10,819 bases of DNA, from the IMG/VR virus record IMGVR_UViG_2778261301_000013; one strand, given 5' to 3'. The notes under the pieces are model-generated. The model had not been told where the DNA came from and made no database searches. It was given only the letters and a program-made list of their open reading frames with translations. Both the position numbers and the translations under genes were made by a program. Below are positions 8,254 through 10,819 of the stretch, one piece after another (within the stretch, counting starts at the first letter, position 1; each line of letters begins with the position of its first letter). The DNA is from a virus. Its lineage: Duplodnaviria > Heunggongvirae > Uroviricota > Caudoviricetes.

Positions 8254-8287
8254 CGTAACCTGTCGGATCGCCGGAAAGGACCCACCA
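8254..8287. other. cosQ-like region (phage right-end sequence adjacent to cosN)
   Basis: Minus-strand GGTGGGTCCTTTCCGGCGATCCGACAGGTTACG closely matches the lambda right-end sequence as recalled (GGGTCCTTTCCGGTGATCCGACAGGTTACG), which contains cosQ. Confidence 0.7.
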
Positions 8288-8378
8288 AAAATGATAATGA
8301 TTGTCAAATACGTTTATCACACTGATATTCAGAATCACTACTGAAAGACTCCCTTTGTGGTGCGCGAGGGATGCGCAT

Positions 8379-8405
8379 AAAAAAACCACCAGCAAATGCC
8401 AGTGG
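8379..8405 (-). terminator. Intrinsic terminator candidate downstream of the 134-aa ORF
   Basis: Minus-strand RNA CCACUGGC-AUUU-GCUGGUGG (8 bp stem including two G-U pairs, 4 nt loop; plus-strand 8386..8405) followed immediately by UUUUUUU (plus-strand A7 at 8379..8385). The stem pairs better in the minus-strand transcript than in the plus-strand one. Located about 60 nt after the stop at 8466. Confidence 0.5.
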
Positions 8406-8465
8406 CTAGAGATATTCATTGCGAATAACCATCACAAAACAACTTAACTCGTGAGGGTAGAAATT

Positions 8466-8870
8466 TTACTCGAGGCCAAATTTCTTCTTTAAATAGGCCT
8501 TCGTTAACTCCAGCCCAACATCTTTGATTGTACTCAAAGGGGCATCGCTCATTGACTTTAATTTCTCAAAAACCGTAGGTTCATTTAATGCCTGGGCGAA
8601 TTCTTGTCCCTGCGCAGATAGTCGCACGTCGGTACCCATATCTAGCATATGGCCACAATGGCGCATGTAGCCCAGTTTAGTTATGTCATCCGTTATTAGA
8701 TCTTTATTACTGATATAACCTTGCTCAATAAGAAGTAGATAATGAAACATCCCTTCATTCGAGCAGATATCGTACCCCGCATTAGCTAAGTCTTTTGTAG
8801 ATATAAAGGGAGTTTTCGCTTTCAAAAATACCTCAAGCATCCCCTTCATGTATTCTAAATTTTTAACCAC
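8466..8870 (-). CDS. Hypothetical protein, 134 aa, in AT-rich accessory block; no family recognised
   Basis: ORF 8466..8870. GTG start at 8870 preceded by a near-perfect SD (minus-strand TAAGGAGGTTTTT-GTG). Translation MVKNLEYMKGMLEVFLKAKTPFISTKDLANAGYDICSNEGMFHYLLLIEQGYISNKDL... The N-terminal half has a helix-turn-helix-like / winged-helix-like pattern, a weak impression only. Own candidate promoter and terminator. Confidence 0.65.
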   Translation of the reverse strand: MVKNLEYMKGMLEVFLKAKTPFISTKDLANAGYDICSNEGMFHYLLLIEQGYISNKDLITDDITKLGYMRHCGHMLDMGTDVRLSAQGQEFAQALNEPTVFEKLKSMSDAPLSTIKDVGLELTKAYLKKKFGLE

Positions 8871-8930
8871 AAAAACCTCCTTAGGATAATTGGAGGTCTA
8901 GAATACCGTTTGCAAGCACGTTGATAAATC

Positions 8931-8939
8931 ATTATCACA
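8931..8939 (-). promoter_or_regulatory. Candidate extended -10 promoter element (minus-strand TGTGATAAT) for the 134-aa ORF
   Basis: TGnGATAAT on the minus strand about 60 nt upstream of the GTG start. No good -35, which is acceptable for extended -10 promoters. Overlaps an imperfect palindrome (8936..8961). Pattern-based only. Confidence 0.3.
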
Positions 8940-9005
8940 GGCACTCAATGAATGCCTGCTGTAATTGCGTACGGTAATGAACGTAAAAAACCGCCCGAGG
9001 TATAT

Positions 9006-9230
9006 TTAGACATTAGATGGCGCTTTGTCAGTATAGACCCGGTACGCCCTGACAAACATCCCGTTACATTCAGAGTCCGCCTTGATATACGCCAATTCGT
9101 AACCCCGATGCTTTAGCTCTTCACGAGCTCTTTTCTCTTCCTTAGCCATGAAGTTAAGATCTTTAATTTCTGAGTAGGTATATGTTCCCACTATAAAATC
9201 TCTGCCTGGCCGTCCATTTATCAGCTCCAT
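9006..9230 (-). CDS. Hypothetical small protein, 74 aa (possible N-terminal extension to 9365 giving 119 aa); no family recognised
   Basis: Six-frame ORF 9006..9365 begins with GTG with no SD. The internal ATG at 9230 is preceded by GGGAGGA (minus-strand TTTTTGGGAGGACAC-ATG), so the 74-aa product MELINGRPGRDFIVGTYTYSEIKDLNFMAKEEKRAREELKHRGYELAYIKADSECNGMFVRAYRVYTDKAPSNV is preferred. The upstream in-frame region resembles sequence found after the stop of the 93-aa gene, so it may be a gene remnant. Confidence 0.5.
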   Translation of the reverse strand: MELINGRPGRDFIVGTYTYSEIKDLNFMAKEEKRAREELKHRGYELAYIKADSECNGMFVRAYRVYTDKAPSNV

Positions 9231-9247
9231 GTGTCCTCCCAAAAAGT

Positions 9248-9323
9248 TGGTAGTCAGAACATACCATGCTAAGCGAGGTGAAAGCACCTTTATCAAGCCC
9301 CCCGCAGATAGACTTTGTAATGG
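9248..9323. repeat. Diverged direct repeat, copy A (partner at 9681..9743)
   Basis: Plus-strand tggtagtcagaacatacc...ttatcaagccccccgcagatagactttgtaatgg aligns with copy B, tggtggcccagaataaattccggtttcattatcaagcccacccgtaaatgggctttgtaatgg. Shared blocks are TGGTNG..CAGAA, TTATCAAGCCC and CTTTGTAATGG; copy A carries an extra roughly 23 bp and one extra C in the C-run (9298..9303). Confidence 0.6.
9258..9266 (-). promoter_or_regulatory. Candidate extended -10 promoter element (minus-strand TGGTATGTT) for the 74-aa ORF
   Basis: TGnTATGTT on the minus strand about 28 nt upstream of the ATG at 9230, leaving room for a short leader containing the GGGAGGA SD. No convincing -35. Pattern-based only. Confidence 0.25.
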
Positions 9324-9680
9324 AGAGTCATTGAGTAGTTCTCGTAATTCTTTGATTTTCCGCACACTCGTGCAGAAGGAGTTCCCCGTCGGGCTACGGT
9401 CATGGTTAATGCGGGAATACAGCGACGATACAGCGCATGATGTGTCAGGCTTGAATACCTTTATCCGTTAAAAGGGATATCAGTTAAGTTACACCGTGTA
9501 GGGTATAAGCCATTGTCGAGACCACTCATTGAATGGCCTCTGCAATAACCGATGTCTTTCCATCAGTCCGCCACCACAAAGAATCTTTTTTGCCTTAAGG
9601 CAGGAGCTTCATCTTTCAGTGGCTGCCAGTGTTATTTCCCCACTTACTGGCTTGGGTTGTTTCGTGGTACTGCCGTTAAC

Positions 9681-9743
9681 TGGTGGCCCAGAATAAATTC
9701 CGGTTTCATTATCAAGCCCACCCGTAAATGGGCTTTGTAATGG
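9681..9743. repeat. Diverged direct repeat, copy B; begins immediately after the stop codon of the 93-aa ORF (minus-strand sense)
   Basis: See copy A. On the minus strand copy B contains a 7 bp inverted repeat AAGCCCA-TTTACGGG-TGGGCTT. Confidence 0.6.
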
Positions 9744-10025
9744 CTACTTCACTTTTGCTTTTGCTTTTGCTTTTGCTTTTGCTTCCGCTCGCTTACGCCG
9801 GCGCTCTTCTTTCCTCTCGGCTTTTGCCATGTCCATGAATGCCTGCATGATCGAGTTCCGCATCATGTAGCTAACAAAGTGATGATTGACACAGCCGTTG
9901 AGGCGCAGCTGCTCGCCAAACTCATCCACCGAGGCCAATGCTTCCATCATGCCCTTCTCGCCTTTCATGAACTCTGAGAAGTCGCGCCCCGCTCTGGAGG
10001 CGCATTCAATGACACGATCACTCAT
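9744..10025 (-). CDS. Hypothetical protein, 93 aa, with a strongly basic C-terminal tail ending in an (Ala-Lys)n repeat
   Basis: ORF 9744..10025. Its ATG at 10025 overlaps the stop of the upstream KilA-N-like ORF as ATGA (10022..10025), suggesting translational coupling. Translation MSDRVIECASRAGRDFSEFMKGEKGMMEALASVDEFGEQLRLNGCVNHHFVSYMMRNSIMQAFMDMAKAERKEERRRKRAEAKAKAKAKAKVK. No family recognised with confidence. Confidence 0.65.
   Translation of the reverse strand: MSDRVIECASRAGRDFSEFMKGEKGMMEALASVDEFGEQLRLNGCVNHHFVSYMMRNSIMQAFMDMAKAERKEERRRKRAEAKAKAKAKAKVK
9753..9782. repeat. Hexanucleotide simple sequence repeat (TTTTGC)5 on the plus strand = (GCAAAA)5 on the coding strand, encoding AKAKAKAKAK
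   Basis: Five perfect tandem hexamers visible at 9753..9782, followed by a degenerate sixth (ttccgc). Lies within the 3' end of the 93-aa ORF, in frame. Confidence 0.9.
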
Positions 10026-10519
10026 CCCGGAAGCCCGGGGATCGTAATCTGCAGCTGGTTAGCCAGGGAGTTAATCTCAGCGACCAACACTGGCTTCGTA
10101 TAGCGCCATGCTGCCAGCCCTTGTCCGCAGAAGCTCGCCATGTCTTTCTTCTGGTCAAACTCATGACATTTCATGTTGAGCTGCGCACTTAAGCTGTTGC
10201 GATGCTGAAGTTCTCCGGTGAAGTAGTCATCGAGGACTTTATAGGCCGCGTACTTGAACCCGGGGTTTAACCAAGCCGCATAATCGTAAGCAACAAACTT
10301 CCCGCCATATGTTCCACCGTGTACACCGCGCTCAGTAAAAACCACAGATTCGTGGTTTTTCTCCAGCTCGGCTAAGAACTCTTTGGTCTGCTTGTTTCGC
10401 AGGTAGTGGTAAGGCGATTCAGATTCACTTTTACCACTGGCTTTCCACATATCAGTGAGGCAGATCATGCCATCTTCACCGATACGAATTGGTTGATTGA
10501 AGAGGGTTAATGATTTCAT
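10022..10519 (-). CDS. KilA-N domain-containing protein (165 aa), putative DNA-binding
   Basis: ORF 10022..10519 with ATG at 10519. Translation MKSLTLFNQPIRIGEDGMICLTDMWKASGKSESESPYHYLRNKQTKEFLAELEKN...GVHGGTYGGKFVAYDYAAWLNPGFKYAAY shows the characteristic KilA-N/APSES-type pattern (hydrophobic run + TD..KA.GK, then TKEFL, then GT....VA.DYA.WL.P.F). Assigned from recalled family features, not a search. Confidence 0.7.
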   Translation of the reverse strand: MKSLTLFNQPIRIGEDGMICLTDMWKASGKSESESPYHYLRNKQTKEFLAELEKNHESVVFTERGVHGGTYGGKFVAYDYAAWLNPGFKYAAYKVLDDYFTGELQHRNSLSAQLNMKCHEFDQKKDMASFCGQGLAAWRYTKPVLVAEINSLANQLQITIPGLPG

Positions 10520-10634
10520 AGCGTGTACCTACTCTTTGAAATGAACCTTTGCCGCACAGGAAACCAGCCCACCGAGGCTCGCCAGCACTAACTGGTATCC
10601 TCAAAGGCCCATTCCAAAGGGGCAGGTTCGGTGT

Positions 10635-10688
10635 AAAAAACATGCGTTGCGGTACGCATTTATTGCAAAAAGCCCCGCATCGCGAGGC
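10635..10688 (-). terminator. Two tandem intrinsic terminator candidates between the Rz stop and the KilA-N-like ORF
   Basis: Distal: minus-strand RNA GCCUCGC-GAU-GCGGGGC (7 bp stem; plus-strand 10672..10688) followed by UUUUU (plus-strand 10667..10671). Proximal: AUGCGU-ACCGCA-ACGCAU (perfect 6 bp stem; plus-strand 10642..10659) followed by G then UUUUUU (plus-strand 10635..10640). Confidence 0.5.
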
Positions 10689-10720
10689 TCATTAAATGGA
10701 CTTTGTGATTTGCAAAAAAA

Positions 10721-10819
10721 TTATTTCAGGCATTGCGTCCTGATGTATTCCTGCAGGTAGTTAACCTGCGCGGTTATCTTGTCGATTCCACTTCGGAGAC
10801 GGTAATAATTGAGTTCAGC
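10721..10819 (-). CDS. Rz: Rz-like i-spanin, C-terminal 32 codons only (gene runs off the window end)
   Basis: Minus-strand frame ending at TAA (10723..10721) translates ...AELNYYRLRSGIDKITAQVNYLQEYIRTQCLK*, resembling the lambda Rz C-terminus as recalled (...RDYFTLRERLITMQKQLEGTQKYINEQCR*). Position upstream of cos on the late strand fits. Short partial sequence, so moderate confidence. Confidence 0.55.
   Translation of the reverse strand, partial: AELNYYRLRSGIDKITAQVNYLQEYIRTQCLK
10774..10818 (-). CDS. Rz1: Possible Rz1-like o-spanin C-terminus embedded in the +1 frame of Rz (last 14 codons)
   Basis: Alternate minus-strand frame reads ...LNSIITVSEVESTR* with its stop inside Rz, reminiscent of the lambda Rz1 C-terminus (...PLNGIISPSERG*) and of the embedded Rz1 arrangement. 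Very short; weak evidence. Confidence 0.3.
   Translation of the reverse strand: MNSIITVSEVESTR

Noticed and set aside
8300-8328. Plus-strand sigma-70-like promoter (TTGTCA, 17 bp spacer, GATATT) pointing antisense into the cargo block
   Set aside because: Weak hexamers (the -10 element especially) and no plus-strand ORF or recognisable RNA downstream. It could drive an antisense RNA, but the evidence is pattern-level only.
8147-8419. 90-aa minus-strand ORF spanning the cos site
   Set aside because: It runs straight through cosB, cosN and cosQ and the terminator hairpin and has no SD. Lambda has no gene here and the sequence is accounted for by packaging signals.
8871-9005. Intrinsic terminator between the 74-aa and 134-aa ORFs (CCTCGGGCGG followed by TTTTTT)
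   Set aside because: The G/C-rich segment before the T-tract does not form a proper inverted repeat, so no stable hairpin can be drawn. The T-run alone is not a terminator.
9229-9471. 80-aa plus-strand ORF (and 62-aa plus-strand ORF at 9552..9740) inside the cargo spacer
   Set aside because: No SD-like motif upstream of either ATG, opposite to every supported gene, and they overlap the repeat and promoter region of the minus-strand genes. Not excluded, but not supportable.
9585-9600. Palindrome GCCTTAAGGC flanked by T6 (plus strand) as a terminator
   Set aside because: On the plus strand the T-tract precedes the hairpin, and on the minus strand it is followed by A's. The stem would be only 3 bp around a TTAA loop, so it does not fit either orientation.
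9753-9782. Possibility that the tandem short repeats are a CRISPR array
   Set aside because: The units are 6 nt with no spacers, only five copies, and lie in frame inside a coding sequence. This is a simple sequence repeat, not CRISPR.
1-10819. tRNA genes, integrase/attachment site, IS elements or transposase
   Set aside because: No cloverleaf-like sequences or conserved tRNA features were noticed by eye, and no ORF resembles an integrase or transposase. The window is fully accounted for by lysis-end, cargo, cos and head genes. Absence is by inspection only, without tRNAscan-type tools.

Overview
This window is a lambda-like (cos-packaging) phage or prophage segment, with every supported gene on the minus strand. 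Reading the minus strand from high to low coordinates: the C-terminal end of the Rz/Rz1 spanin genes (10721..10819), tandem intrinsic terminators, a roughly 2.4 kb accessory (moron-type) insert with four ORFs (KilA-N-like 10022..10519; 93-aa basic-tailed protein 9744..10025; two unrecognised proteins in a visibly AT-richer block, 9006..9230 and 8466..8870), an intact contiguous cosQ-cosN-cosB site (8066..8287), then the head and packaging module Nu1, A, W, B, C with nested Nu3, D, E, FI, FII and the first 29 codons of Z. The cos site is joined, so this is the prophage or circular form rather than a linear virion end. The structural genes were identified by comparing translations with lambda protein sequences recalled from memory; no database search was possible. 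The best candidate for something undescribed is the accessory block between the lysis genes and cos, especially the AT-rich two-gene module and the repeat-containing 513 bp ORF-poor spacer next to it. I could not assign these to any known family, so their function is hypothesis only. Other notable points are cosB motifs unlike lambda's, a triplicated module in the C/Nu3 scaffold region, an in-frame hexanucleotide repeat encoding (Ala-Lys)n, and hairpins between head genes.
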